Source: Eledone cirrhosa (taxonomy: Eukaryota). Taken from it: a stretch of 64,000 nucleotides of DNA. Position 1 is the stretch's first letter, and each line of letters starts with the position of its first letter. The position numbers and the translations under genes were made by a program. This document shows positions 15,193 to 29,109 of the stretch, one piece after another. Location of the stretch: positions 284,518,001 to 284,582,000 of the forward strand of contig OZ024741.1 of NCBI GenBank assembly GCA_964016885.1. The letters run 5' to 3'. Under the pieces are notes generated by a model, which was not told the DNA's origin, ran no database searches, and saw only the letters and a program-made list of their open reading frames with translations.

Positions 15193-15809
15193 AATATAGA
15201 CATAGAATATTCGAAAATATTCTGTATGTTTATAATAAACATTTTGAAGACCTAATCGCTATAGAATAGAATACGTCACGTATTACAATTAGATTCTCGA
15301 TAAAAGCAAGGGAAGTAATCTACGCGTTTCATTCTTATTAGAAATCTTCAGGACTACATATCCAGTGCTTTTATCGAGAATGACACAGCTAGAGACTTAT
15401 AGAATACTTAGCTGTGTACAGGAACTGGTTTGAAAGAGCGGTTGCCGGTCCGGCAGAAATTAGAAATTGGAATAAATGCTCTGAAATAGCGATATATATG
15501 TGAATATAGACATAGAATATTCGAAAATATTCTGTATGTTTATAATAAACATTTTGAAGACCTAATCGCTATAGAATAGAATACGTCACGTATTACAATT
15601 AGATTCTCGATAAAAGCAAGGGAAGTAATCTACGCGTTTCATTCTTATTAGAAATCTTCAGGACTACATATCCAGTGCTTTTATCGAGAATGACACAGCT
15701 AGAGACTTATAGAATACTTAGCTGTGTACAGGAACTGGTTTGAAAGAGCGGTTGCCGGTCCGGCAGAAATTAGAAATTGGAATAAATGCTCTGAAATAGC
15801 GATATATAT
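15190..15809 (-). mobile_element. Two tandem 310-bp HHR-bearing units in (TA)n
   Basis: 15190-15499 and 15500-15809 appear identical. Confidence 0.9.
15315..15357 (-). ncRNA. Minimal type I hammerhead ribozyme (second copy at 15625-15667)
   Basis: gtagtc-CTGAAGA-t-ttct-aata-agaa-t-GAAA-CGCG-TA-gattac; outer stem ttctcgataaaagca/tgcttttatcgagaa. Confidence 0.85.
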
Positions 15810-16115
15810 GTGATATATATATATATATATATATGTTTAGTATTTCTGTAGAAATGCATACATACATATGTATATATATATATATATTTAAAAAAATAGA
15901 GGTGTAACACACGAGTTGTGATATATTAGTAAAAGGAAAAGAAAATGGTGACAAATTTTTCCCATGAAAAATATTTTAATTATGAATAAGTATAAATTAG
16001 TAATAAGTATTGGTTAGTATTCAGTTTTAGTTTTAAGTTTTCACCGGTTGCGCATTTCTAATGCTTTTCAAAAATAAATTTGAGATTGAGTGCTCGTGAT
16101 GTTTGCTCTAATCTG

Positions 16116-16310
<195 letters not shown>

Positions 16311-17030
16311 TTAGTATTTCCCTGGAAATGGACACATACATATGTATATATGCGTGTGTTTCTATGTATGTATGCATATGGAGAATGTATGTGTGTGTGT
16401 TGTATTCTTCTTTGCCGCACATACTTATAATTATGAGACAATATTTACAAATGTTTAAAAAATTTGAAATACCGTAATTTTGAGATAATTAAAAAGACAG
16501 TGTACAATAATTATTCGATGAAATTCTGAACAGTTTAGAAAATAAACAAGAGAAAGGAAAGAAGAAATTATGTAGCACATCATAAAGAATAGGAATTAAT
16601 TAATTCCTCTTAATTCATATAAGAATATATAGTTACATTTGTTCTATTTTGGAGTTATCACTATAGAATTCCATATAAATAGAATTATAAATAAGTATGA
16701 GATTTCATTTAAAATTTAAGTCAGAAAGTTAAATAAAAGATCACTTTCCATTTGGTTATATGTTGCAGTGGAGAGAATGTTAATTAACTTTTTTTTTGAA
16801 AATATCTTTAACAGTTAAGAAACAACACTTGATTTTCTCACTTATTTTTAATCAGCTAATTTTGCTTCTATTTTCTCTATAATAAGTTTGAAATATTTCG
16901 TTCTCTCTCGTGTGATGCTGCCTTAGGTTAAATAGAAATTCGAAAGAGTTGGTGAAGGAATTACAGAAATAATTAGTGACTATCTTTTTTTTTTTGGTCA
17001 ATGAGAAAATTATTATTTTATATTGAATAA

Positions 17031-17193
17031 GGCAGTATCGGTAGAAAGTCAGACATGCTTTGCAGCATAGAGGTATGACCCTTTGCGTTCTGAGTTCAAC
17101 TTCCGCCGAGGTTAGCTTTTCCTTTCATGCTTATAGAATAAAGCCCCAGCAATGTACTGTGGTAATTGCTGGCCTTGTGCCAAAAGTAGAAAC
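17031..17193 (+). mobile_element. tRNA-derived SINE family A
   Basis: ggcagtatcggtaga...gagttcaa...gccgaggtta...gctggccttgtgccaaaagtagaaac. Confidence 0.8.
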
Positions 17194-18648
17194 ACTCATT
17201 TTATATCATATGATATCACCGTAAAATTACCGAAGTTTCGATAACTTCATGTCTTCTGCATTTATTTACACCCTTTTCTTATGTCGTAAAACAAAGCAGA
17301 TAAATTATCGTTTCTCATTTCATAGTGGCCATGTATATGGAAATGTATAGTGGTGAACATTGGAGATGCTGGATCTTTAGAGATCATAATTGAAATTATG
17401 ATTATAAATATAATTATATAGTTACTAGTATTAGTATTTGGTGAGATTCACTTTAGATTTAGGGTACATTCAGAAAATCCATTGTTCTGCTTTATATCAA
17501 ATAGAAGACATAATTAGTGCATGTATGTAAATTTGATAGGATGTGTTCTTACCTTACTTATTAGGTTAGAGGTAAGGTATAGGACATCAGTATTGTAATG
17601 GTAACTCCTACGACATTTTAGTTTACTTCATCGTTATTAATTTATATTTTAAAATAGAGTTCCAGTGAGTATGTTGTCGAGAAACTCCACTATTCTGAGT
17701 TTATGGAACAATACTCAATGCGGGCTAAGGTATCGATGCATCATGATTGATATGTGTGGAAAATTAATATGTTGTTATTATAGAGAGATTAATGGGAGGC
17801 AAATTCATATTTCTATGTGTTATTATGTTTTCTAATTGATACGGTCCGTCTACTTATTGTTGGTTATTCTGTTTTCTCCGTTGTGGTCTATGACCAGTGT
17901 TGCGAGATGTTGGGTTGGTAGTTTGGATCAGGGGTATCATATTATTATGAAGGGGTTTGCAATTAACAAGTTTTTTATAGATTAAAAAACATATTTTGGA
18001 AAATTTGTGGAAGCAAGTATTAAAGAAATCTGTTCTATTAATTATATGGGATTAAGCCCTAAAACTTTCCATAGTTTTCTCAAAACATAAATTATAGCTT
18101 TAAAAGCCTCCTCTGTATGAACGCGCTAATCTAATGTTTGACCTCTGCATAGAATGTTTAATATTATTCATTTTTGATAGTCATATTAGTTCGGATAGAT
18201 AGAGCCGTGCACATTCGCTTATATATGTTGAAAGAGTGTCAATGGTTATACTATCTACCTTTAAATATACTAGCGGTCATTCCTATATATTTATATATTT
18301 TATTTCCAGTAATAACCCTACACTCATATACTACATTCGTTTGTAGGCAATTGTTTCCGTGAGAGCATATTCCCGGGATTCTACAGTTGCACATATGGTT
18401 TACGCATAAAATTCTACACAAATTCCTACCGATAGAGTGGTTATTTCTATGTTTAGAATGTACAGTTCATTCTACCAGTTGGGAGGTTATGAGGTATTTT
18501 GATTGTGGTTTGAATATTTATCTGATTATCCTGGTTATTAAATTCATTCAGGCTGTCGATTATATTGTGCCCTTTCCTTAATCTATTGTAATTAATTTCT
18601 GCTCTGTTTTAAGAGGTAGTGTGTTTGTGTGTGTATTGATAATGATAT

Positions 18649-18763
<115 letters not shown>

Positions 18764-18782
18764 CTCACACACACATACATAC

Positions 18783-18843
<61 letters not shown>

Positions 18844-18849
18844 CGTATA

Positions 18850-19157
18850 TAGCTTTGTGGTTAGAGTATTCGGATGAAGATCGTAAGATCGTCAATTCGA
18901 TTCCCGGCGGTGCGCTGTCTCCTTGAGCAAGACACTTTATTTCATGTTGCTCTAGTATACTCAGTTCACAAAAATGAGTTGTACCTGTAATTCGAACCTC
19001 GTCACATTCTGTGTCACGTTGAATCTGCCTGAGAACTACGTTATGGGTATGCGTGTTTGTGGAATACTCAGCCACTTACACGTTAATTTTACGAGCAGGC
19101 TGTTACGTTGATCGTATCAATTGGAACACTCTTCGTCGTAACCGACGGAATGCTGCT
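18850..19157 (+). mobile_element. tRNA-derived SINE (family B-type head, different tail)
   Basis: gtggttagag...gatcgtaag...ttcgattccc...ccttgagcaagacactttatttca shared with 43823-44040. Confidence 0.75.
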
Positions 19158-20930
19158 ACTATATACGTATATAATTGGTACATGGCAAGACCAAAACAAA
19201 CAAACCATTCTACTACAACTACCGAAACACTAATGCGAGTAAAATTGTACAAAACGTAAAGGAAACAATGCAATTAGCCCTTTTAAAGAACAGTATTTTT
19301 TTTTCACGTTTATTGGTCTTTGAAAAACCAATCGAAATAATGTATATAAATTTAAAAAAATATTATTAGTGAACATGACAGTGATAATAATCATTACTGC
19401 ACAACACAGACTGCATTAAGACTTAATATATTCCTATGCACAACTGATATGTTTTTGAACAATTCTAGGTTACAAAATGTTATAATATTAATTGAATCTC
19501 AAAATATTTTTTCAGAAAGCCAACATGGAGGCGAACATTAACTTTACTAAAAGGAAAACAAAACAAAAATAGACAAAACAAAACAAAAACAAACAAAAAA
19601 CAAAAATCAAACAAAAACACAAACACATTGTTCAACCACGCTGTGTTGACAGGTCTGTTTGAAAAACATGTTAGTGGTCTCAGATTTTGAGAATACAATG
19701 CTCCTGATATGGATGCATGATTACGAAGCTCTATTCGCACTCGCGCGCATAAGGGTCTGGGTTCGATTCCACTGTATGGCGTTTTGTGTAAGAGTGATTT
19801 ACCATAGTTTCAAATCGACTCAAGTATTGTGAAACGAATTGTTTGTAAACACACCTTTGCGGAATGGTAAAAAGCTCATTTAAGTCCGAGGCATTGTCAC
19901 CTGACATGACTTTCTCGCTGCTGGATGTGGAGGCGGTGTCGTCTTCATCTTTACAAATATTGTGGGCGTAGATTACAATTGTCAGTTTCGAATATTTGGA
20001 CCTTTGGCCTAAATATTATGGAGTTTCCTTTCTTGTGTCCTCTTTGTAACAAAATATTATAACAATCAACGTTTTAAATGTGAGAAATCAACAAACATGC
20101 GGGAGCTTACAATAATACGTCTATACAAACCAATGACAACAACAACTATAATAATGATAATAATAATTATATAATACAACCAAGGATTTCGAGAGAATTA
20201 TAGCATTTTATTTGTTTTCCGTACGTTTCACCAAATGTAGAAAATGTGAATGGATAGGGATTATTTTATCATTTCAGTAATATACAAGTATACGGACAAT
20301 AAATAGTTTCAAGTGACGTTTCACAAGCACAAAGAAGAATGTAATCTTGGAAATAAATACAAATTTCTTTATACCTGTCAAACAATTATACTGTTGGAAT
20401 TTCAGAAACAACATGTATAAAACTACATAAATTGAGGAGATTAAAAAACATGTATCGGTATTAAGGTATTGTCATCAGACGGTATTTCACAAAGTCATTG
20501 ATATGCAAATCGTAGGACGCAAAATTCGGTCAACACACAGACACAGGAACACAAGCACACGCACATACACATGCACGCATATGTTTATGTGTTTTTTAGT
20601 GTGTATGTAAATCTTGCAGCTATCATTGTAAGTACAATTACAGGGACTATAGCTGCCAACACATACTTTTACTCGTACAAAGTATTTTACATTACAGCCA
20701 TTGATTAAATCGTTCTTAAAGACATTAAAACAAACTGGAAATGCTCAAGATTAATTCATGCCGAAGCACTATTTTAGATTTTATTTACCATAAAGATAAG
20801 CAAAAAAGTCATCAATGAATATGTTTTAAAACCATTGCAAATGTGCTGAAAATGTTATTTAGTGTCGGACAGTATGTTGGAAATGTGTAGTGCCATACAG
20901 TATGTTGGAAATGTTGTTTACTGTCTTGTA

Positions 20931-21265
20931 TTGGCAGTATCGGTAGAGGGTCGGACGCCATGCTTTCCAGCATAGTTACGTCCCTTTATGATCTGAGTTC
21001 AAATCCCGCCGAGGTTGACTTTGCCTTTCATCCTTACGGGGTCGATAAAATAAAGTACCAGTAATGCACTAGGTGATTGCTGGCCTTGTGCCTAAAGTAG
21101 AAACAATTATTTGTTCCGTCTTTTTACTTTCTGAGTTCAAATCACACCAAGGTTAAATTTGCCTGTCATCTTTCCAAGGTCAAACAAAGAGAGTACCAGT
21201 CTCGTGCTAAAGTCGATGTAATCAACTTTTCCCTCTCAACAAATTGTTGGCCTTATGCCTAAATT
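20931..21265 (+). mobile_element. SINE family A (20931-21110) followed by a diverged second copy
   Basis: A box ggcagtatcggtag, B box gagttcaaatccc, gcctttcatccttacggggtcgataaaataaagtacc. Confidence 0.85.
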
Positions 21266-21294
21266 AATGTTTAGGAATATTCTATTATTCATTT

Positions 21295-21440
21295 AAGTCT
21301 GAATGTGGCCATGGTGGAGCATCGCATCAAAGAGTTTTAGTCGATCTTATAGACCCCATTACTTACTTTCTTCAGGTCTGGTATGTATTTTATGGACCTC
21401 GCTTTTATCGAGCCGCTAAGTTATGGGACATAAATACTGA
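21295..21440 (-). mobile_element. Older SINE fragment resembling octopus OK/OR-type repeats
   Basis: gtggccatggtggagcatcgc...ttagtcga...gacccc...gagccgctaagttatgggac; recognised from memory only, strand uncertain. Confidence 0.5.
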
Positions 21441-21522
21441 TAATATATCTACAGATGCACTCGTAAATACAGACACGAGTTCACACCCAATCTCTCTCTC
21501 TCTCATTCTCTCTCTCTCTCTT

Positions 21523-21573
<51 letters not shown>

Positions 21574-21577
21574 CTCT

Positions 21578-21632
<55 letters not shown>

Positions 21633-21651
21633 CATATGTATATATATATAT

Positions 21652-21774
21652 ATAGGAACGAGTAGGACCCCGCCGGCTGAGCTCAAGCCGTTTCGACGGC
21701 TAATTCTGGACTGAGTCCAGAATTAGCTGTCGAAACGGCTTGAGCTCAGCCGTCGGGGTCCTACTCGTTCCTAT
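21652..21774. repeat. Fold-back palindrome (61-bp arms, 1-nt loop) containing the 3' half of an HHR
   Basis: Pivot at 21713; GAAA-cggct-tgagctc-agccg-TC at 21732-21754; element continues to about 21852. Confidence 0.9.
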
Positions 21775-21850
21775 TACCCACTCTACTACCCTAAGTATTG
21801 AGTACTTTGGTGCGTTATGGTCCACTTGGTTCCTTAGCACATTTCCTTCG

Positions 21851-21933
<83 letters not shown>

Positions 21934-21938
21934 TATAT

Positions 21939-22031
<93 letters not shown>

Positions 22032-22128
22032 AATACATATACTTTTACATACATATATACATACACACACATATATATATACATATATATATATGAAAAT
22101 ACACACACATAAAAATGCATATACTTTT

Positions 22129-22189
<61 letters not shown>

Positions 22190-22194
22190 TATAT

Positions 22195-22690
22195 GATGGA
22201 CTCTCCATATGATGGACTCTCTCTTTGTGTTCGACGTATGAGGGCCAAATACAATTTACTGTTTTATTACTCTACACTTTCATGCTTGTGTCCCCGGTGA
22301 GGCACTAAACCGGCCTTTCTTTGCAAACCAGACCGCATCCTTCACATACAAAACTGCATTCTTTTGACCTAGACTTAGATCGCCTAGATACTCAATCCTT
22401 GTGTTGACATACGCCCTGATGCCACTTTGACAAGCTCTCCTCAACCTATTGCTGTCAGTAGCACATTTCTCAAATTCTCATGGTTGCATTCCAATATGCT
22501 TGATATTCTCCAGTTTATCCTTGTATCTAAGAGGTCTTTCTATGTTTCACACTCCCACCTGAAGTTGGCCATAAGTAAGAATTTTTGGCAAACATTCATT
22601 GAGACTGCGTTAAGAAAGTCTCTATTCTTTGTATATCACATTTATCAAAGAACAGTTCATTAGAGACGTTGTCCTTTTGTGCGAAACCAC
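22195..22690 (-). mobile_element. RTE-BovB-like LINE 3' fragment
   Basis: LPKILTYGQLQVG..RPLRYKDKL, ATDSNRLRRACQSG, FVCEGCGLVCK; 3' end has a duplicated gagagtccatcat. Confidence 0.75.
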
Positions 22691-22697
22691 AAATACG

Positions 22698-22742
<45 letters not shown>

Positions 22743-22954
22743 TATATTATATTTAGAGATTAAACTCATAGTCGTTTACAATTAATCAGCTCAAAGAAAG
22801 AGGCATTTCTGAGCAGTGAAATACAAGTTATATATTAATATATATGATAAACACAAAACGTGTTTGTATTGTAAGAGACAAAGTTAGCTCGCATGAAATA
22901 AACTAATTAAAGTGAATACAATTTGTCTGTCTCGATATATATATATATATATAA

Positions 22955-23185
22955 ATGAGGTTAGCTGGACATGCTCACCGACATCCAGAGTTGAAATTGC
23001 ACTCAGTACTCCCTTGGGAGCCCCTACATGGACACACTAGAAGAGGAAGACCAAGGTTAACGTATATTGATGCCCTAAGGACAGACACTGGTCTGTTGGA
23101 GATGCAGGACATGGCAGCGATAATGAGGGACAGAGACCGCTGGAGAGAACTCGTCCATGGATCTCGGGAATTTTACCCGCCTTAG
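22955..23185 (+). mobile_element. RTE/RTEX-type LINE 3' fragment
   Basis: MRLAGHAHRHPE..VLPWEPLHGHTRRGRPRLTYIDALRTDTG..RDRDRWR; flanked by (TA)n; sister copy at 31868-32130. Confidence 0.85.
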
Positions 23186-23189
23186 ATAG

Positions 23190-23270
<81 letters not shown>

Positions 23271-23278
<8 letters not shown>

Positions 23279-23475
23279 TAACAGATTAAAGTTCAAGCAA
23301 AGAATCGCTGCTTTCACCCTTAACGGAATCTTCTGAAACTAAAAAAATCAATCTGTGAACGCAGAAGTAAATATTTCGAAAAACGTTGCAACCGAAGGAA
23401 GACAGTAAGACGATACTTTGGTTTGTGGAAACGTTCCCTGGCAAAGAACGAAAAAAACGAAGATAATACGTCATT
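23271..23475 (-). mobile_element. PLE 3' terminal fragment with HHR at 23290-23340
   Basis: Close match to 52841-53044; agttt-CAGAAGA-ttccgttaagggt-GAAA-gca..tgc-TT-gaact. Confidence 0.8.
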
Positions 23476-23670
23476 CATATACATTCATATACATATATAC
23501 ATACAGATACATACCTACATACATAAATACATACATACTTGCATACATACACTTATATATACGCACACAATCATATATATCCCTTCCATATACTGTACCG
23601 ATTGTGTTGTTATTTCTGTTTACCTTTATATATATATATATATTTATTAAAATAACAGATTAAAGTTTAA

Positions 23671-23740
<70 letters not shown>

Positions 23741-23744
<4 letters not shown>

Positions 23745-24000
23745 GTAAAGATAAACTCTAGAGAGGACTCGATAAGAGTTTTATATATATAAGTGTATAT
23801 AAACCTATACGACAATAGTTGTTATTGACACAGATTAAAAGTTTAAGCAAACAATTTCTACTTTCTCTCAAAGCAGGATCATCTGAAACTGAGAAATATC
23901 AATCTGTGGACGCAGACGCAAATATAAAAAAAAAATGCGACCAAATATTGCCTTTAGAAAATAGAAAGACATAACGGTAGCGCGTGAGGACGTAAAATAT
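23741..24000 (-). mobile_element. Sister-family PLE 3' end with HHR at 23840-23890
   Basis: agttt-CAGATGA-tcctgctttgaga-GAAA-gta..tgc-TT-aaact; colinear with 52765-52960. Confidence 0.65.
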
Positions 24001-24400
24001 AAAGTTGTTTAAATTAGAAAGTAAATGTGTTCAAATACTTCGTTGTAAATTTTTTTTCTTTTTGAAAGCTAAAAAATTAAGAATGATAAAAAATATACAG
24101 CTTCGAGCTAATTTCTTCAATTAATCTTATGCTGAATTGATTTTATCCCGAAATATATGAATCTATAAAAGGCTGCAAGGTTACATCCTAACATCTTTAT
24201 TATCATAATATTCTAGCATTTACCGCCCAATTTACACTATTTTCTACGCTTTACACAATGTTTCATGCAAATTACATAACCCTTTTGTCTTAATTGTAAA
24301 TTGAATGTTACGCACTACTAAGTTCATTTCCCCTGCTTGATTATTAGATTACGTTTTGAATAAATTTAATTCCAGAACATCATTAGTTGATCTTTATTTA

Positions 24401-24446
24401 CATATGCTAGCAGAAAACCGCCCGGGCGGTTTTCTGCTAGCATATG
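24401..24446. repeat. Perfect spacer-less 46-bp palindrome
   Basis: catatgctagcagaaaaccgccc|gggcggttttctgctagcatatg. Confidence 0.95.
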
Positions 24447-24554
24447 CAGTGTGAGTATTGATATTATACGCAAATATATATGCATATAGATATATGTAAA
24501 TTGAAAAGTACATTGACAATATCTTCTTCGCCCACTTATTTCTGAGTGGGTCGT

Positions 24555-24865
24555 GGGGGCAGAGTCCTCCTCAAACACTCCGAAAACCCTTCAGAGGAAC
24601 CCCATTTCGGCCGCTTGCATTTGCAATCGTATTCTTTCGGTCATTACCCAAGATTCATGGCCACAGCTAAGGGTTGGCAGGAATACCAGGAAGACAGCGT
24701 GTTTGGCTTTTACATCTACCTCCCTTTTTTTTTATTACTGAATGCTAAAGCTGGCGCATTACTGCATCAACTTTTGTAATTCTTGCACTTAAATCAGCCT
24801 CCTGTTCCATCTCATGAACACAGCCCCGAGATACTTGAACTTCTCTACCTGCTTCAGTGGAACTT
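24555..24865 (-). mobile_element. RTE (Expander/Rex3-like) RT fragment
   Basis: PLKQVEKFKYLG; LPTLSCGHESWVMTERIRLQMQAAEMGFL*RVFG. Confidence 0.85.
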
Positions 24866-25023
24866 CATTCACATGTATATACATTTGAGCGACTTCTGTC
24901 CATCAGTCCGTCACACAATGTGTGTATGTGTTTGTGTGAATGTATGTATGTGTAAAAGGAAGGAAGGGAATACACACATATCTATACCTCTAATTTAAAA
25001 ACGGTGACACACATATATATATG

Positions 25024-25065
<42 letters not shown>

Positions 25066-25160
25066 GACACACAGATACACACATGCGTCTCTAATTTAAG
25101 AATGCCGACAAACTCACGCGCGCGCACATACATGCACTGTCTTATTACCACTTAAGAACT

Positions 25161-25760
25161 TTGCACCGGAAAAACATCGCCTCAATTTTGGAACCGCCTG
25201 GGTTGTCCAGAATTGGTGGGAGAAGACCTGATGGTCTTACCTTGTGCCCCTGGTTAAGAGGCAGGTGCCTTATCTGGGACGCCAAAGTTAGTGACTCTTT
25301 TGCGTATTCTCTGATCATGGATGCAGCGGTAAGGGCGAGAGCTACTGCATCCGCAGCCGAATGGAATAAAATCCTAAATTACCGTGATCTGTAGGCTAAC
25401 TACATTATCCAGGCAGTGGCGTTCGAGACGTCTGGGGGAATTGGGTTACTGACTCCGAGGTTCTTATCTTCACTGGCGGCTCGCCTAACCGAGGTAAATG
25501 GTGATGCTCGTGAGGGCGCTTGGTTGTTCCAGCACCTCAGCCTCGCCATCACCCGAAGTAATGTTGCGAGCGTGCTGGCTAGAAATAAGCAATACATTAA
25601 AATATTTATGTTTAATCATGTGTTACAAAATTTAGTAGATAAATCATACAATATTCATTCATTAATTATTCAAAGTAATCCAACTTATTTTACAAACGGG
25701 ATAAAAAAAATATAAAATGGACACTGTCCCGCATTCCTCCCTTTATTACATTATAGATAC
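25161..25760 (+). mobile_element. CRE-clade non-LTR retrotransposon 3' fragment (restriction-like endonuclease plus 3' UTR)
   Basis: LEPPGLSR.GGRRPDGLTLCPW.RGRCLIWDAKVSD, AFETSGG, WLFQHLSLAITRSNVASVL; 3' UTR copy at 32335-32480 (minus). Confidence 0.85.
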
Positions 25761-26581
25761 CCATTTGACTATTTTGGGACAGTATAGAAGTAATTAAGAG
25801 TCTTAAAACCCTATTAGTAGAACACATTTTTCTTAGTTGAAAACCGGAAAATTAGCATAGAAGATAAATTCAAGTAATGTAAGAAGAAAATAGAAAAAAA
25901 AAACACATTCTCTATATCAATAATTCATGCTAAAGACCAGTTTTCCTCCGTTTTACTAGTTAGACGGCAAAATTTATTGAAAACTATGTTGATGTCATTA
26001 ATGATCTTCATGGATCTGCTCTATAAATATTCGTTTTTTAAATTAAAAAAAGGCGGTGAATGGACAGGTCATTAGAAAGTTGTATAGAATACTTTGCGGC
26101 ATTGATTCCGGCTCTCTGCACTCACTGAGTTCAAATCCCACCGAGGTCAACTTTAGACTTCATTCTTTTGAGGTCTAGTAACATTCCAGTAATCGAGTCG
26201 ATTCTTCCGCTGTATTCCTTTCTCGTGTTCAGATTTTGAGAGGGAATGGTCTTAGTAAGGTTCAAAATGCCCAACACACGCTGTCTGTAACTTCGGTGAC
26301 CCTACGACTCCACAAGAGGTTATGGCTCCATACATACATACATATATCTATACATATAAACTAAATAAAATTTCAAAAGATAAGAATATGCTTTCTCACT
26401 AATGTAATTTTAATGAGAGCGGATTTTAACATCAATTTATAAACAGTAAAAACTCAATTTCAGAATTATTATCGCAAGACAAATTACCCATATTCAGTAA
26501 ATAATCGTTTTGAAATACTAGACACTTCCTGCAATGCACAACAAGACATGATAAATTTGTCCATCTTGTTTCTAAACATTA

Positions 26582-26880
26582 TCCCGCCGAGGTTAACTTT
26601 GCCTTTCATCCTTACGGGGTCGATAAAATAAAGTACCAGTAATACACTTGGTTAATTTCTGGCCTTGTGCCAAAAAGTAGAAACAATTATATTATGGATT
26701 GGCAGTATCAGTAGAGGGTTGGACGCCATGCTTTCCAGCATAGTTATCTCCCTTTACGGTCTGGGTTCAAATCCCGTCGTGGTTAACTTTGCCTTTAATC
26801 CTTACGGGGTCGATAAAATAAAGTACCAGTAAGTACTAGGTAATTGCTGGCCTTGTGACAAAAGTAGAAACAATTATATT
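26582..26880 (+). mobile_element. Tandem SINE family A (5'-truncated 26582-26690, full 26699-26877)
   Basis: Both match 20931-21110. Confidence 0.85.
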
Positions 26881-27354
26881 ATTTAAAAGGCACTTTTCAC
26901 AATGCCAAACTTTGATAATGTTTGCCAAAAATCTGTCAGATTTCCAAAAGGTCTAATCGAACACAGTATCACATTACTTTGAACATATTCACAGAAACCA
27001 TTCTACTGAAAGTAAGTGTTCTAATGACATTTTTCTTATTGAAATGGCGAGAATACTATTTGTATTCTTATGCAACATTATTTGACTTAGATCGGTAACA
27101 ATTAAAGATGTCATGGAATATGATTTATTATTTATTGTAAGAATACCTTGCTCACCAAATGTGATCGTAGTCTCGTTAAATATGTTTTTGTCAGTACCGG
27201 TTATGCCACAATTCTATCACCAAGATCCCTTCAAGTTTAAATCTATCCGTTTCTGTATCAACTAATACAAGAATCAATTTACACAATCTTCAAATGCTAA
27301 TGGTGCAATGAAGATTTAATTTGTAAATATAAATGTTTCTGGGGATCCAGATCT

Positions 27355-27446
27355 TTATCATGATAATGATGATCATCATCATCATGACCATCATGATGAT
27401 GATGATCATCATCATCATCATCTTCATCATGATGATGGACATCATC
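27355..27446. repeat. (ATC)n/(ATG)n compound microsatellite
   Basis: Alternating catcat and gatgat blocks. Confidence 0.9.
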
Positions 27447-29109
27447 AGTTACTGCTCAGATTTGTTTGACTCAAGCACTTTATTCATCTCGGTGCCGCAG
27501 GACCTTCTGAAAGCCAGCTAACATCAGGTTTCTGTACTGAAATGATCGATGATGATTTTGGCTGGGCAGCGGACATACGTATATTCATATTGTGGTGTCC
27601 ATAGTAACATATCCCTAATGAGTACTTGCTTAGTTTTCCATCAATATCATACAAAGCGTACGCATCTCTAATGAAGTCAATGATTGTAAATATTATTGCC
27701 ATATATTCTTTGTTTGAATATTTGAAATGGACCATCTCTTTAGGTTTTTCTTATTGTAACACCATTAACATCCTATTACAGAACGATGAATATATGTGTT
27801 GAATATTAATAGTAGCACTAAAAATGCGTCATTGATAATAGAGGTGTATATGAAGGTATATATGATATGTTTATTTATTATGAACATATATGGATATATT
27901 AAGCTGTGATCATGTCTCAGTTGTTTCAATAGCCTTGTGAGAACGCCAGGCACTAGTGTTTCACAATTTATTTATCCATCGTCAGTGGCGTTTATTCACT
28001 TAGTAATGAAACAAAAATAAGCTATAGCTTATATACATCTAACGTATAAAATATCCGATGGAGAATTTCATTAGCATGCAGTGCATGTTTTCCGTGACTG
28101 GAATTAATTAGCAGTAACCCTAACATAACGGGATTCATAATATAAAGGTATTGATCACATCTTAAAATATCCAGAGTAAGACTTATGTTTGTTTATCATT
28201 CATAAACATATCGTATATGAATAAATTTCTTAGTTACATGAGTTGTGCTATTGTAAAATCTGTTTCCGTATTAGGGACTATATATTCATGCAGAATATTA
28301 TGTTTCTGTAAAATATCCACAGACTCACTGTGAATATAGGACACGTACTTAAATTACAGAGTATTTGAAAGCTTAGAACAAGGATTGAAGAGACTAGTGT
28401 AGGCATCCGTTGAAAACTCATGAAATTGCTTGCATCTGCATAAAGATGACGAAATTAGGCGGTCCGATCCGCAATTAAAGCTGTCGAAAGATCTGTAGTT
28501 TAACAGCGAGTTCTACATTCACAACAAGACTAAATATATATTGATTCTTACTCACATCATATTAATTTCAATTGAATTTGTTGATGCTTGCTGCATTGAA
28601 TATTCTAAAACTGTCTTAACTATAGATGTGAACACTGTAATTTTTAATTCGATTGTTAAACTAGATATAAATAAATCTGATGATAAATTCAGTACACTTA
28701 ACACCAGATCAGTGAGGGCTACAAAATTGTATTGAAGATTGGGTACCCATCTGGGTACGAAATTGGAGGCAAACAACAAAAAAGGAGATACAGTTTACGC
28801 TACGAAACGTAGGTGAATCGTAGGGTAATAATTACTTGTCCTAGAATGTGTATATTTACGAATGCTTTCGGATATGAAGTTCAATTAAACATACTATCAA
28901 TGATTCATTTAAACTAAAGGAATGTATAGACCAATACAGGATAATAAACACATTTAATCGCGTCAGGAGTATTTTAATCTGTGATCATATCACATCTACT
29001 TTGAGATCGGTGTAAGAGTCATTACTTTTCGTCAGCACTTGCTTACATTCGTTGAGATATCACACTATCCGCGTAAGAGTGCTGTGTACATGTTTATGTT
29101 GTATATCTA

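Noticed and set aside
15190-15809. CRISPR-like or prokaryotic repeat systems
   Set aside because: No repeat-spacer arrays or operon-like gene density; the sequence is eukaryotic repeat DNA.
17657-17728. Possible plus-strand 72-nt exon (SSSEYVVEKLHYSEFMEQYSMRAK)
   Set aside because: AG/GT bounded and open, but no recognisable homology and neighbouring candidate exons do not join convincingly.
19855-20008. Possible minus-strand exon (QRSKYSKLTIVIYAHNICKDEDD...)
   Set aside because: Poor polypyrimidine tract and no recognisable domain; cannot be supported without transcripts.
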